64,000 bases of DNA. Source: an uncultured Nitrosopumilales archaeon (GTDB lineage: Archaea; Thermoproteota; Nitrososphaeria; Nitrososphaerales; UBA213). The notes below the pieces were generated by a model. It was not told the origin of the DNA, made no database searches, and saw nothing but the letters and a program-made list of their open reading frames with translations. The stretch covers positions 6,530 to 70,529 of the forward strand of contig CAYJSN010000007.1 in assembly GCA_964373125.1 (NCBI GenBank), written 5' to 3'. Position 1 is the stretch's first letter. The number at the start of each line of letters is the position of its first letter. The position numbers and the translations under genes were made by a program. Positions 27,839-37,048 of this stretch are shown here, in pieces.

Positions 27839-28653
27839 GCAGGATAGGCGAGAAATTCGCCGAGCTTAACTCCAAGAAAGAGCGGGCCCTGATCGGCTAT
27901 GCGGTGGCAGGCTATCCGGATCAGGAACAAACATTCGACGTTGTGAGCGCGATGGTGCGGGGCGGCGTCGATATCCTCGAGCTGGGAATCCCGTTCTCCG
28001 ATCCGATTGCCGACGGCCACACGATACAGAGGGCGTCCTACGAGGCGCTGCAGAAGGGGATGACGCCCCGAAAAGCATTGGAGCTGGCGAAGCGGATCAA
28101 CGGTACGCTTGGGGTCCCGCTGGCCGTGATGACGTACTACAACATACTCTACCGGCCCGGCTTCGACTCATTCCTCGGCCAAGCAAGGTCCAGCAGCGTC
28201 GATGGGGTCATCATACCCGACCTGACCTACGAGGAGTCGGAGCAGCTGAAGCAGTATGCTGTCAAATACAACATGGACACGATCTTCCTCGTATCGCCAA
28301 ACACCAGCGCAAGACGGATCAGGACGATCGTGAAGCTCACCACCGGCTTCCTGTACCTGGTATCAGTCTTCGGCACGACCGGCGAGCGTGATACGTTTGA
28401 GAGGTACACGGCAGACGCGATAAGGAGGGTGAAGAAGTGCGGCGGGCCTGGCATACCGCTGGGAGTTGGCTTCGGCGTGAGCAGGCCCGAACATGTAAGG
28501 TTCATGCTCGACGCGGGCGCCGACGCCGTGATCGTCGGGAGCGCGTTCGTGAACCTGATCGAGGAGAGCTCGTCGAGGCAGGACGCCCTGGCCAAGGTCG
28601 AGTCCCTCGCGAGAAGCCTGAAGGAGGTCACGCGTGTGCGCACTCCAGCCTAG
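27835..28653 (+). CDS. trpA: Tryptophan synthase alpha chain
   Basis: 272 aa. [39 protein letters not shown] overlap with trpB. Confidence 0.92.
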   Translation: MSRIGEKFAELNSKKERALIGYAVAGYPDQEQTFDVVSAMVRGGVDILELGIPFSDPIADGHTIQRASYEALQKGMTPRKALELAKRINGTLGVPLAVMTYYNILYRPGFDSFLGQARSSSVDGVIIPDLTYEESEQLKQYAVKYNMDTIFLVSPNTSARRIRTIVKLTTGFLYLVSVFGTTGERDTFERYTADAIRRVKKCGGPGIPLGVGFGVSRPEHVRFMLDAGADAVIVGSAFVNLIEESSSRQDALAKVESLARSLKEVTRVRTPA

Positions 28654-28695
28654 ATCCGGAATAACAATTAAAAAGCGGAGCCACCATACCCCGAT

Positions 28696-30312
28696 ATGCA
28701 GGAGAGCCGCAGTAATTCCACCAAGTACATCTTTGTGACGGGTGGAGTTATGTCCGGCCTAGGGAAGGGCATCACCACGGCCTCCACTGCAAAACTGCTC
28801 CAGCTGTGCGGGCTGAAGGTTTCCTGCATGAAGATTGATCCTTACCTTAACTTTGATGCCGGAACCATGAACCCGCTGATACACGGCGAGGTCTTCGTGA
28901 CGAACGACGGTGGAGAGTGCGACATGGACATAGGGACATACGAGCGCTTCCTTGACATCGACCTTACAAAGGATCACAACATGACCACGGCCCAGATATA
29001 CGCTAAGGTCATCGAGCGCGAGCGGAAAGGTGAATACCTAGGACAATGCGTGCAGATAATCCCGCACATCACCGACGAGATAAAGAACAGGATAAGGAGC
29101 GCCGCGAAGCACGAAAACGTGGATGTTTTTGTTGTAGAATGTGGCGGCACCGTGGGCGACATTGAGAGCCAGCCGTTCCTCGAGGCTATGAGGCAGATGA
29201 GGCTGGAGGATGGAACCGACAAGACATTATTCATACATGTGACGCTTGCGCCGATGCTTGACGTGGTGGGGGAGGTGAAGACCAAGCCAACCCAGCACAG
29301 CGTGCAGGAGCTCCGGAGGATCGGTATCCAGCCGGACATCGTTGCGGTGAGGTGCAAGATCGAGCTCGACAGGGACGTGCGGAGGAAGATCGCGCTCTTC
29401 GCCAATGTTGAGGAAGGGGCCGTGATCTCGAGCCACGACGCGCCCTCGATATACACGGTGCCCGAGGTGCTGCAGAAGCAGGACATGGTCTTTACAGTGG
29501 CGCGGAAGCTCGGCATGGGCTCGGTCTCCTTTGACTGGGGCGACTGGGCCGAGGTGCTGAGCTCCTACAAGAGCCTCGGGGAGGAGTTGAGGATAGCGAT
29601 GGTGGGCAAGTATGTGAAGCTTGCAGACAGCTATGTGAGTGTGAATCATGCTTTGGGTCATGCCGGCGCCAAGATCGGCCGCAGGGTCGAGATCGAGAGG
29701 ATAGACTCGGAGACGCTGGAGAACGGCAACCTAGCCAGGCTTGAGGAGTACGACGGCATACTTGTGCCTGGCGGTTTTGGAGTGCGCGGGAGCAAGGGCA
29801 TAATCAACGCCGCCAACTTTGCAAGGACGAAGAACATCCCCTACCTGGGGATATGCTTTGGATTCCAGCTGGGGGCGGTTGCATTTGCAAGGAACGTGCT
29901 AAACCTGCCGAAGGCAAACTCGACCGAGCTCGATCCGGGTACCGAAGACCCGGTTGTAGACCTGCTCCCAGAGCAGAAGAGCGTCGAGAACATGGGCGGC
30001 ACGATGCGGCTGGGCGCGCACGAGATCGACGTGGTGGCCGGCACAGTTGCAAACAAAATCTACGGCTCCACCAGGGTAACGAAGCGGCACAGGCACAGGT
30101 ACGAGTTCAACCAAGAGTACAAGGAGCAGTTCGAGAAGCTAGGGATGATACTATCGGCCTCGAGCGACAGCGGAAAGAGGATGGAGACGCTGGAGATACC
30201 AAACCACAGGTTTTACTTTGCGGTGCAGTACCATGCGGAATTCACCAGCAGGCCCGGCAGGCCCGAGGAGGCATTCCTGGCATTCGTAAAGGCCGCTGCC
30301 AAGAAAGAATAG
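28696..30312 (+). CDS. pyrG: CTP synthase
   Basis: 538 aa. KYIFVTGGVMSGLGKG, DPYLNFDAGTMNP, GGTVGDIES, and the GATase part GICFGFQ ... QYHAEF. Confidence 0.95.
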   Translation: MQESRSNSTKYIFVTGGVMSGLGKGITTASTAKLLQLCGLKVSCMKIDPYLNFDAGTMNPLIHGEVFVTNDGGECDMDIGTYERFLDIDLTKDHNMTTAQIYAKVIERERKGEYLGQCVQIIPHITDEIKNRIRSAAKHENVDVFVVECGGTVGDIESQPFLEAMRQMRLEDGTDKTLFIHVTLAPMLDVVGEVKTKPTQHSVQELRRIGIQPDIVAVRCKIELDRDVRRKIALFANVEEGAVISSHDAPSIYTVPEVLQKQDMVFTVARKLGMGSVSFDWGDWAEVLSSYKSLGEELRIAMVGKYVKLADSYVSVNHALGHAGAKIGRRVEIERIDSETLENGNLARLEEYDGILVPGGFGVRGSKGIINAANFARTKNIPYLGICFGFQLGAVAFARNVLNLPKANSTELDPGTEDPVVDLLPEQKSVENMGGTMRLGAHEIDVVAGTVANKIYGSTRVTKRHRHRYEFNQEYKEQFEKLGMILSASSDSGKRMETLEIPNHRFYFAVQYHAEFTSRPGRPEEAFLAFVKAAAKKE

Positions 30313-30326
30313 GTTCGTGCGTGGAC

Positions 30327-31325
30327 TCACAGTTTGAGCTCGTATATTCGCTGCCTGGCGTCCCTGAGCGATACCTTCTTCCTAACATAGCCCTTGCCGA
30401 GCAGGTGCGATAGCGCCAGCCTCACCGTCCTCTCTGGTAGCATAGTCCTAGAGGCCAGGTCCTTCTGGCTCAGCGGCCCCTCGTACTCCAGCGTCTTCAG
30501 CACGAGCTTCGCGCTTGGAGGCATGCCGAGCAGGTCCTCCGCGAGCCTGACCTTCTTTGCTATCAGCGAGATCGCGGCCGAATCCTCCGCCAGCCTGACC
30601 AGCCTTGCCGGATATTGGTGTTTCTTGCACTGCAGCCGCTTCTTTATGGTCAGCCTCTTCCCGCCGTCCGGGATGACCTCGCAGTGGTACCGGCTGGTCA
30701 CATCGTCGATCTCCACTAGCGTGTCGTCGGAGACCACGAGCGGCCGGCGCGTCACGTCGATCGAGTTGACCGATACTATGACGAAGACCTTGGCCTTCCG
30801 CAGTATCATCGGGCCGCCGGCGGACATCGAGTAGGCGGTGGAACCTATCGGCGTAGCAATTATCACGCCGTCGCTGTTATCATGCCAGACATCCTCGCCG
30901 TTCACCTTGAGCTTGTGCTCCATCAGCGTGGCGCTCTTGGATGAGAATACGGCAACGTCGTTCAGCACGGGGTCGATCTCCTTGCCGTCCACCTCCACTC
31001 CTAGGCGTGTGACCTCGTCCACGCTGTAGTCGCCGCTCTTCAGCCTGTTGATCGCGACCTCCAGGTCCTTCGTCTCGATCTGCGCAAGGAAGCCTGTAGA
31101 ATCTGATTCATAGACTCCCAGGACCGGGGCAGAGTCGTCGACCATCCGGTGGAAGTAGTGGAGTATACCCTTGTCCCCGCCGCTAACCACGACGAGATCG
31201 ACGTCCTTGGCAATGCTGTACTGCTTCTTCATCAGCTGGGCCTCCATGCCCATGTTCTCCAAGGTCTTCTTTAGCTGGAGGAGCATCCCGTCCTGGGCAT
31301 CGGCACTGGTAAGCGCAACACGCAT
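30327..31325 (-). CDS. nadK: NAD kinase fused to a C-terminal winged-helix domain
   Basis: 332 aa. The NAD kinase core has DGVIIATPIGSTAYSMSAGGPM and a variant GGDKG in place of GGDGT. The last ~70 aa (PPSAKLVLKTLEYEGPLSQKDLASRTMLPERTVRLALSHLLGKGYVRKK) look like a MarR/TrmB-type wHTH. Confidence 0.8.
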   Translation of the reverse strand: MRVALTSADAQDGMLLQLKKTLENMGMEAQLMKKQYSIAKDVDLVVVSGGDKGILHYFHRMVDDSAPVLGVYESDSTGFLAQIETKDLEVAINRLKSGDYSVDEVTRLGVEVDGKEIDPVLNDVAVFSSKSATLMEHKLKVNGEDVWHDNSDGVIIATPIGSTAYSMSAGGPMILRKAKVFVIVSVNSIDVTRRPLVVSDDTLVEIDDVTSRYHCEVIPDGGKRLTIKKRLQCKKHQYPARLVRLAEDSAAISLIAKKVRLAEDLLGMPPSAKLVLKTLEYEGPLSQKDLASRTMLPERTVRLALSHLLGKGYVRKKVSLRDARQRIYELKL

Positions 31326-31415
31326 GAATGCGAGTTCGCTGGACCTAAATTTAAAGCTAGCAAGGTTTCAGAGAATTCAGACCGTCTGCGATGAGTTTCC
31401 ATGACGCGGAATTGT

Positions 31416-31667
31416 TCAGTCCTCGACGATCATCATCGTCAGCGTGGATTTTACATGGTCGAGGCGCCGTATCTTGCTGAAGACGGTCTCCTTTATTCCG
31501 GCGTTGGAGTTGCCCTCCACCATCGCCACGATATCGTAGGCGCCGTACACCTCGTAGATCTCTTTCACGCTCGGAACCTTCCTGAGCTCTGCCACCACAT
31601 CTGTGTCGGTCCCGGAATCGACCGTGATCAGCACCAGTGCCTTTGGCATAGCATAGATATGTTGCAC
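31416..31667 (-). CDS. Stand-alone Lrp/AsnC ligand-binding (RAM) domain protein
   Basis: 83 aa. ALVLITVDSGTDTDVVAELRKVPSVKEIYEVYGAYDIVAMVE is the typical beta-alpha-beta-beta-alpha-beta RAM pattern, with no HTH. Confidence 0.7.
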   Translation of the reverse strand: MQHIYAMPKALVLITVDSGTDTDVVAELRKVPSVKEIYEVYGAYDIVAMVEGNSNAGIKETVFSKIRRLDHVKSTLTMMIVED

Positions 31668-31679
31668 TGGGATAAAAAA

Positions 31680-32567
31680 CTAAGGGCGTCTGGCTATCAC
31701 TTTGTCAGAGAGCGCCGAAGCTTCCTTCTCGAGGTCCTGTCTCCGCGGGATCTTTGATATCCCGGTCTCCCCTGTCCTTATCGCAGCCTGGGATGCCGCT
31801 ACAGCGTTGCAGAGGGCCCACACGGCATCGGGCTCGCTCGCAAATGTGCAGGCGTATGCAGCCGCAAAGATATCGCCCAGGCCGGTTGAATCACGCGCAT
31901 CTATAGCTCCAGTCTCGAGCTCGTACAGGCGATCGTTGTACAGCATGGTCGTCCTGTTATCCCGGGTCAGGATGGCTATGCTTGTCCTGAGTTTCATGAG
32001 GCCGTCCGTGCCGGCGCTGCCCGTCAGCGCCTGGACCTCCTCATCGTCGACCTTTATGGCGTTGACGTGCGCTTTCTCCAGCCCGATCTCGGTTCTGGCG
32101 CTGTAGACCCTTCCGCCCTCCCCGACCCTTCTAAGGAATCCCTGCGGGTCCAAGAAGAGAAAGCCGGTGTGTCTGTGCACCTCCATCAGCGCGTCTTCGG
32201 GTACCTCGTTTATGATGGGGCTTACTATGAAGGCATCGGCGTCCACCTTGACATCGCCGGGAGCAAGGTCGTCGCACTTTGCGAGCAGGAATAGTTCCCT
32301 GCCGTCATCCCTGAGGACGAGCCTGAACCTTGTCGAGGGCTTGACTGTGGATATGCATTCTGAAGGAATCTCCAAGCCTCTTTGCCGGAGCAGCTCCCTG
32401 AACTCGCCGGGAAAGTCGCGGCCGATCCTAGTTACCAGCCTGACGTCGAAGCCGAGCTCCCTGGCCGTGAGCCCGCCGTAGCTGGTGGGCCCGCCCAAGG
32501 TGGTCTCAACCGCCCCGCGGCCCTCGATCTGATCTATCGGGGTGTGCGACACGATCGCGATCTTCAC
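31680..32567 (-). CDS. PfkB-family carbohydrate/nucleoside kinase
   Basis: 295 aa. N-terminal GG motif (TLGGPTSYGG) and C-terminal DSTGLGDIFAAAYA (DTxGAGD-type anion hole). Confidence 0.8.
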   Translation of the reverse strand: MKIAIVSHTPIDQIEGRGAVETTLGGPTSYGGLTARELGFDVRLVTRIGRDFPGEFRELLRQRGLEIPSECISTVKPSTRFRLVLRDDGRELFLLAKCDDLAPGDVKVDADAFIVSPIINEVPEDALMEVHRHTGFLFLDPQGFLRRVGEGGRVYSARTEIGLEKAHVNAIKVDDEEVQALTGSAGTDGLMKLRTSIAILTRDNRTTMLYNDRLYELETGAIDARDSTGLGDIFAAAYACTFASEPDAVWALCNAVAASQAAIRTGETGISKIPRRQDLEKEASALSDKVIARRP

Positions 32568-32686
32568 GGAGACCCTTCACCGCATCTTTATAATAATCTG
32601 TGCCATTGTCCGACCGGTGGCATGTAGCTGCCCGGCGGCCCGATCGCAACATAACACTTAAAACATGCTCCGCCGGTTTAAAACGC

Positions 32687-32974
32687 ATGACTAAGAAGAG
32701 GGCGAGCAGGGGCAGGTCAAAGGGAGGCAAGGGGCGCTCGAGCCTAGTTCAGTGCAGCAACTGCGGCCGCTGGGTCCCTAAAGACAAGGCCAAGAAGGTC
32801 ACCTCAAGGCTCACGCTGGTCGAGCCCTCGCTTGCGAAGGAGCTCAGGGCGACCGGCACCTACATAGCCGCTCCCACCATCATAAAGAACTACTGCGTAT
32901 CGTGCGCGGTCTACTACGGCATTGTCAAGGTCAGGGCAGAGCAGGAAAGAAGAAGCGGCGGACCCCTGCGCTAG
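32687..32974 (+). CDS. rps26e: Ribosomal protein eS26
   Basis: ATG at 32687 gives 95 aa: MTKKRASRGRSKGGKGRSSLVQCSNCGRWVPKDKAKK...NYCVSCAVY (eS26 Cys cluster). The track ORF from 32600 adds an implausible leader. Confidence 0.88.
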   Translation: MTKKRASRGRSKGGKGRSSLVQCSNCGRWVPKDKAKKVTSRLTLVEPSLAKELRATGTYIAAPTIIKNYCVSCAVYYGIVKVRAEQERRSGGPLR

Positions 32975-32987
32975 TTAACCGTGTTGT

Positions 32988-33590
32988 TCAGTTCCTCAGG
33001 TGTGCAAGCACGGCCGCCACCCTCTGGGCAAACGTTATGCCGGCCACTATGGCGACTATGAGCACTCCGTAGTGCGTGGCGTTCCCTATGCCAAGCGCAG
33101 CCCCGCCTATGCTGAAGGCTGCTATGATTATCAGGCGCTCCGCCCGCTCCCCGATCCCGACGCCCTTCAGCTCGATGCCGAGGGACTCGGCCCTTGCCCG
33201 GGCGTAGCTTACAAGCAGCGAGAGTGCCAGTGCCACAACGACCAGGGTGGGGTCGGCCAGCCCGCCGTACGCTATCCCCAGGAAGATTATAACTTCGGCG
33301 ACCTTGTCAAGCGTCGAGTCCAAGAATGCCCCACGACGTGACACCTGCTTAGTGGCCCTTGCAACGCTGCCATCGACTATATCGAAGAAGCCTGATGCCA
33401 GAAGCAGCAGCCCGCCGTAGAGCGCCGCAAACTCCAGTCCGATGCCGGCTGCTGCATATGCCGCCGCCGACGCGGCCGAGATCGCAAACCCAAGCGAGGT
33501 CCAGAAGTTTGAAGAGAGCCCGGTGGATGCGAATTTCAGTCCGAGGCTGTTCATCGCCGGCTCGATCTTCTCCCTTATGCGGTTAAGCAA
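32988..33590 (-). CDS. CDP-alcohol phosphatidyltransferase family protein (archaetidylinositol-phosphate synthase-like)
   Basis: Motif DGSVARATKQVSRRGAFLDSTLDKVAE (DGx2ARx8Gx3Dx3D). I place the start at TTG 33590 (MLNRIREKI...) or ATG 33554. The longest ORF (to 33785) would overlap the divergent gene at 33645. Confidence 0.75.
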   Translation of the reverse strand: MLNRIREKIEPAMNSLGLKFASTGLSSNFWTSLGFAISAASAAAYAAAGIGLEFAALYGGLLLLASGFFDIVDGSVARATKQVSRRGAFLDSTLDKVAEVIIFLGIAYGGLADPTLVVVALALSLLVSYARARAESLGIELKGVGIGERAERLIIIAAFSIGGAALGIGNATHYGVLIVAIVAGITFAQRVAAVLAHLRN

Positions 33591-33610
33591 TAATACTGAT
33601 TCGCCTAGCA

Positions 33611-33620
33611 AGTATTTATA
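33611..33620. promoter_or_regulatory. Shared AT-rich TATA element of a divergent promoter
   Basis: AGTATTTATA reads as TATA-like on both strands. It lies about 21-30 nt from TTG 33590 (minus) and about 25-34 nt from ATG 33645 (plus), consistent with two leaderless transcripts. Confidence 0.45.
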
Positions 33621-33644
33621 GCATCGGCAAAGTATCCTACTCAA

Positions 33645-33860
33645 ATGGGGAAGATCAGCAAGGGCATAAGCTGCAGCGTGGGTGGCTGCTCGAACAGTGC
33701 CATAAGATCGCTGAGCGCCAGCAAGGTGAAGGAAACCGGTCTCTCGGTGGGCGATTCCAAGCGCGCATATCTCTGCACCGAACACTACAAGGAGTGGAAG
33801 AAGGCCGTGAAGCAGAGCAAGTCAGACGACGTGGCACTGAGGTACGGCGGCGGATTCTAA
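33645..33860 (+). CDS. Small conserved-looking protein with CCCH-type putative zinc site
   Basis: 71 aa. CSVGGCSNSA ... YLCTEHYKEW (Cx4C...Cx2H) and a basic tail. Coding-like composition. TATA about 25 nt upstream. Confidence 0.5.
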   Translation: MGKISKGISCSVGGCSNSAIRSLSASKVKETGLSVGDSKRAYLCTEHYKEWKKAVKQSKSDDVALRYGGGF

Positions 33861-33948
33861 TCATTTAATCATTTCATGATTCATGGAGCTCAAACGGTCC
33901 AGAAGTGTAGAAACCTTTAATTCGGTTCCGACTTCTCTCTAGGAAAGG

Positions 33949-35811
33949 ATGCGAATATTACAGCTGCACTCAAGCTTCATCGAGTACGAACCGGTAGAGA
34001 AGGAGATCGCATCTGCCGAGGAGGCCAAGAAGGAGAAGGTCAGACTTGAGGAGATTGTCGTTGCCTTTGTTGCCGTTGAGAGCGATGATGATGAGAGCGT
34101 GGCGAAGAAGGCCGTCGAGGAGATAAAGAAATCGCTCTCTGCTGTCAAGTGCAGCAGGCTCCTGATCTATCCGTATGCACACCTGAGCTCGAACCTTGCT
34201 CCGCCGAGCAAGGCGCTGAGCCTGATAAAGACTATGGAATCGATCGCGAGGGACAGCGCGGAAGTATATCGAGCTCCGTTCGGATGGACCAAGTCATTCA
34301 ACATCAGCGTGAAGGGCCACCCGCTGGCCGAGCATTCGAGCTCGATAACAAAGCAAGCCATTGCGGAGGAGAAGGAGAAACTCTCCGAGGCGGTGAGGGC
34401 GGAGGAGAAGCTCGTCTCGTGCTGGTACGTAATTGACCCCGAGGGAAGGCTGACGCCGGTCGAGGAGTACAAGTTTGGCGAGCGGAAGAACTTGGAGCTC
34501 CTTGCAAAGTACGAGACCGCAAAGCGCAGGGCAGCCGACGAGCAGCCGCCACACGTGAAGCTGATGAAGAAACTTGCAATCGCCGACTATGAACCGGCCT
34601 CGGACCTCGGCAATATGCGGCTCTACCCGAAGGGGAGGCTGATCAAATCGCTGATCGAGCAGTACGTTACCAGGAAGGTGATGGAGTACGGCGGGCTCGA
34701 GGTCGAGACCCCGATAATGTACGACGCGAAGCACCCCAGCATGGAGAGCTACTTCAACAGGTTCCCCGCCAGGCAGTACAGCATCAGCTCCGAGGGGAAG
34801 GAGCTCTTCCTCAGGTTCGCGGCATGCTTCGGCCAGTTCCTGATGGCAAAGGACTTCCAACTATCATACAAGCACCTGCCGCTGAAACTCTACGAGCTCA
34901 CGCGCTACAGCTTCCGCAAGGAGAAGAGCGGCGAACTGGTGGGCCTCAGGAGGTTGCGCGCCTTCACCATGCCAGACTGCCACGCCATGTGCAGGGATAT
35001 GGAGCAGTCCAAGGAGGAGATGCTCAAGAGGTTCAGGCTCTCGATCGACGTGATAAACAACCTCGGGATATCGCTCGACGACGTGGAGATGGCAATCAGG
35101 TTCACCAGGGAGTTTTACAACGACAACAAGGAGTTCGTCCACGAGCTGATACGGATGCTGGGCAAGCCGGCGCTGGCGGAGGAGTGGAACGAGCGCTTCT
35201 TCTACTTCGTCCTGAAGTGGGAGTTCAACTTCGTTGATAACCTAGACAAGGCATCCGCGCTCTCCACCGACCAGATCGACGTGGAGAACGGGGCCAGGTA
35301 CAAGATAACCTTTGTCGACGAGGACGGCGCGGAGAAGAACCCGATCATACTGCACAACTCGCCGAGCGGCGCTGTCGAGCGTGTAATCTACGCCCTGCTG
35401 GAGAAGGCTGCAAAGATACAGAAGGCCGGCGGGAGCCCGATGCTGCCCCTCTGGCTCTCGCCCACCCAGGTCAGGGTCATCCCGGTATCGCGGGAGTACC
35501 TGCAGCATTGCGAGAAACTGGTCGGGGATCTGGAATCCAAGCAGATCAGGGTGGACCTAGACGACAGGGAAGAGACGCTGGGAAAGCGGGTAAGAGAGGC
35601 AGAGACCGAGTGGGTCCCCTACATACTGGTGGTCGGGGAGAAAGAGGTGAAGGGCAACAAGATGAGCATCAGGGACCGCGCAGCTGGGAAGGTCAGGGAG
35701 TCGAGCCTCCAGGAACTCGTCGACGAGATAGGCGGTGTGACAAGGGACAAGCCTTTCATGCCGCTGAACATGCCAAAGTACATGTCCAAGAGACCGCAGA
35801 TAATGGTCTAA
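33949..35811 (+). CDS. thrS: Threonyl-tRNA synthetase, archaeal type (N-terminal archaeal editing domain)
   Basis: 620 aa. Class II core (RLRAFTMPDCH, ILHNSPSGAVERVIYALLE) and an anticodon-binding C-domain. The N-terminal ~140 aa are unlike the bacterial TGS/editing domain. Confidence 0.92.
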   Translation: MRILQLHSSFIEYEPVEKEIASAEEAKKEKVRLEEIVVAFVAVESDDDESVAKKAVEEIKKSLSAVKCSRLLIYPYAHLSSNLAPPSKALSLIKTMESIARDSAEVYRAPFGWTKSFNISVKGHPLAEHSSSITKQAIAEEKEKLSEAVRAEEKLVSCWYVIDPEGRLTPVEEYKFGERKNLELLAKYETAKRRAADEQPPHVKLMKKLAIADYEPASDLGNMRLYPKGRLIKSLIEQYVTRKVMEYGGLEVETPIMYDAKHPSMESYFNRFPARQYSISSEGKELFLRFAACFGQFLMAKDFQLSYKHLPLKLYELTRYSFRKEKSGELVGLRRLRAFTMPDCHAMCRDMEQSKEEMLKRFRLSIDVINNLGISLDDVEMAIRFTREFYNDNKEFVHELIRMLGKPALAEEWNERFFYFVLKWEFNFVDNLDKASALSTDQIDVENGARYKITFVDEDGAEKNPIILHNSPSGAVERVIYALLEKAAKIQKAGGSPMLPLWLSPTQVRVIPVSREYLQHCEKLVGDLESKQIRVDLDDREETLGKRVREAETEWVPYILVVGEKEVKGNKMSIRDRAAGKVRESSLQELVDEIGGVTRDKPFMPLNMPKYMSKRPQIMV

Positions 35812-35855
35812 CGACAGCGTTCAGTGTAAGAAAGATCAGATGCGAAATCGTCGGT

Positions 35856-36947
35856 TCACTTTATCTTCTTGAGAATCCTGCCGGACTCGTAGATCGTCCT
35901 CAGGTTCTCGTAATATTCATTCAGCTTATTGAAGATGCGCTTAGGCTGCCTCGGCTTGTGCTTCGAGATCGCGTAAAGGCACAGGAGCGGAAATGTGATC
36001 GATGCATCGCCGTATATCGTGATGAGGTTTTCGTGGGAGGTCTTCACCTTGCCCCAGCTCTTTCCCTCCTCCAGCGTGGCGCCGGAGAGCCCGCCGGTAT
36101 CGGGCCTCGCATCCGTCATCTGTATGATATAATCAAGACCGCCGTGGTTGAGCTGCAGTATCTGGTCGAGCGTCGGACCGGTCTGCTGCACGGTATTCTT
36201 GGGCACGCCGCCGCCGATCTCCACTGCGCCCGCCTTCTCGGCATGGTATACTATCGCGGCCTGCTCCGTTATCTCCCGCACAATGTCGAGCAGGAAGCGC
36301 TTGCCTTTGAGCCTTAGCGGTATCAGGTCGAGTGCCAGCGACGAGTCCTTCAGCGTGGAGATGTACACGGGGACATCATAGTCATACGAGGACGCCAAGA
36401 ATGAACGCTCGGGGTACTTGGCGTTCTTCGTGTACTTGCCTATCACGCGCGAGAACTCGGCCGTCGTGAAGGAGTAGTCCTGCAGCTCCCGCTCTACTGC
36501 CTCCTGGATAACACGGTCCTGGGCTTGGAGGGTTCCCTCCCCCTTGATGTAGACATTGTATATCCTTACTATGTCCTTCCGGTGCAGGATATCGTCGTCG
36601 ACCTCGTCGTGGCCCTGCTTGACCGGCAGATCCCACGCAAAGTGCGACTCGTGGTAAATGTTTGCTCCCGTGGCGATGATCCAGTCAACGAATCCACGCT
36701 CTATCAGCTCCTTGATCAGGCCGCCGTAGCCGAGCGGTGTTATGGCGCCTGCCACGGCCAGGCATATCGTTGCATCTTCGTCTATCATCCTGTAGAACAG
36801 CTCTGCTGCTTCCCCGAGCTTTCTGGCGTTGTAGCCAGCCGACGCGAAGAGGTCTATGATCTCGGAGATTGTCGCGTCCATGGGAACTTTTATGTGCGGT
36901 ATTCTCTTGCCGGTGAAAGAATGTCTATCAATACCCTTGTTGTTCAT
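35856..36947 (-). CDS. dys: Deoxyhypusine synthase
   Basis: 363 aa. FLAVAGAITP-like and IIATGANIYHE blocks. EIGGGVPKN matches the DHS NAD/spermidine site. Confidence 0.85.
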   Translation of the reverse strand: MNNKGIDRHSFTGKRIPHIKVPMDATISEIIDLFASAGYNARKLGEAAELFYRMIDEDATICLAVAGAITPLGYGGLIKELIERGFVDWIIATGANIYHESHFAWDLPVKQGHDEVDDDILHRKDIVRIYNVYIKGEGTLQAQDRVIQEAVERELQDYSFTTAEFSRVIGKYTKNAKYPERSFLASSYDYDVPVYISTLKDSSLALDLIPLRLKGKRFLLDIVREITEQAAIVYHAEKAGAVEIGGGVPKNTVQQTGPTLDQILQLNHGGLDYIIQMTDARPDTGGLSGATLEEGKSWGKVKTSHENLITIYGDASITFPLLCLYAISKHKPRQPKRIFNKLNEYYENLRTIYESGRILKKIK

Positions 36948-37048
36948 CTATGCTCACCAGCTATAGACAGATCGTTGTTGAATCCTGCCATCCTTGCCCT
37001 AGCAGTAGCTGATCTCATTGCATATAAGATTTTTCAAATACTGATTTT

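Noticed and set aside
32600-32686. N-terminal extensions given by the longest-ORF rule: eS26 from 32600, dcd-like from 18805, hbd from 42973, SBP-like from 14167, Kelch from 51042, and CDP-alcohol transferase to 33785.
   Set aside because: In each case an internal start gives the family-typical N-terminus or signal peptide. That start sits about 25-30 nt downstream of a TATA-like element, or avoids overlap with the neighbouring gene.
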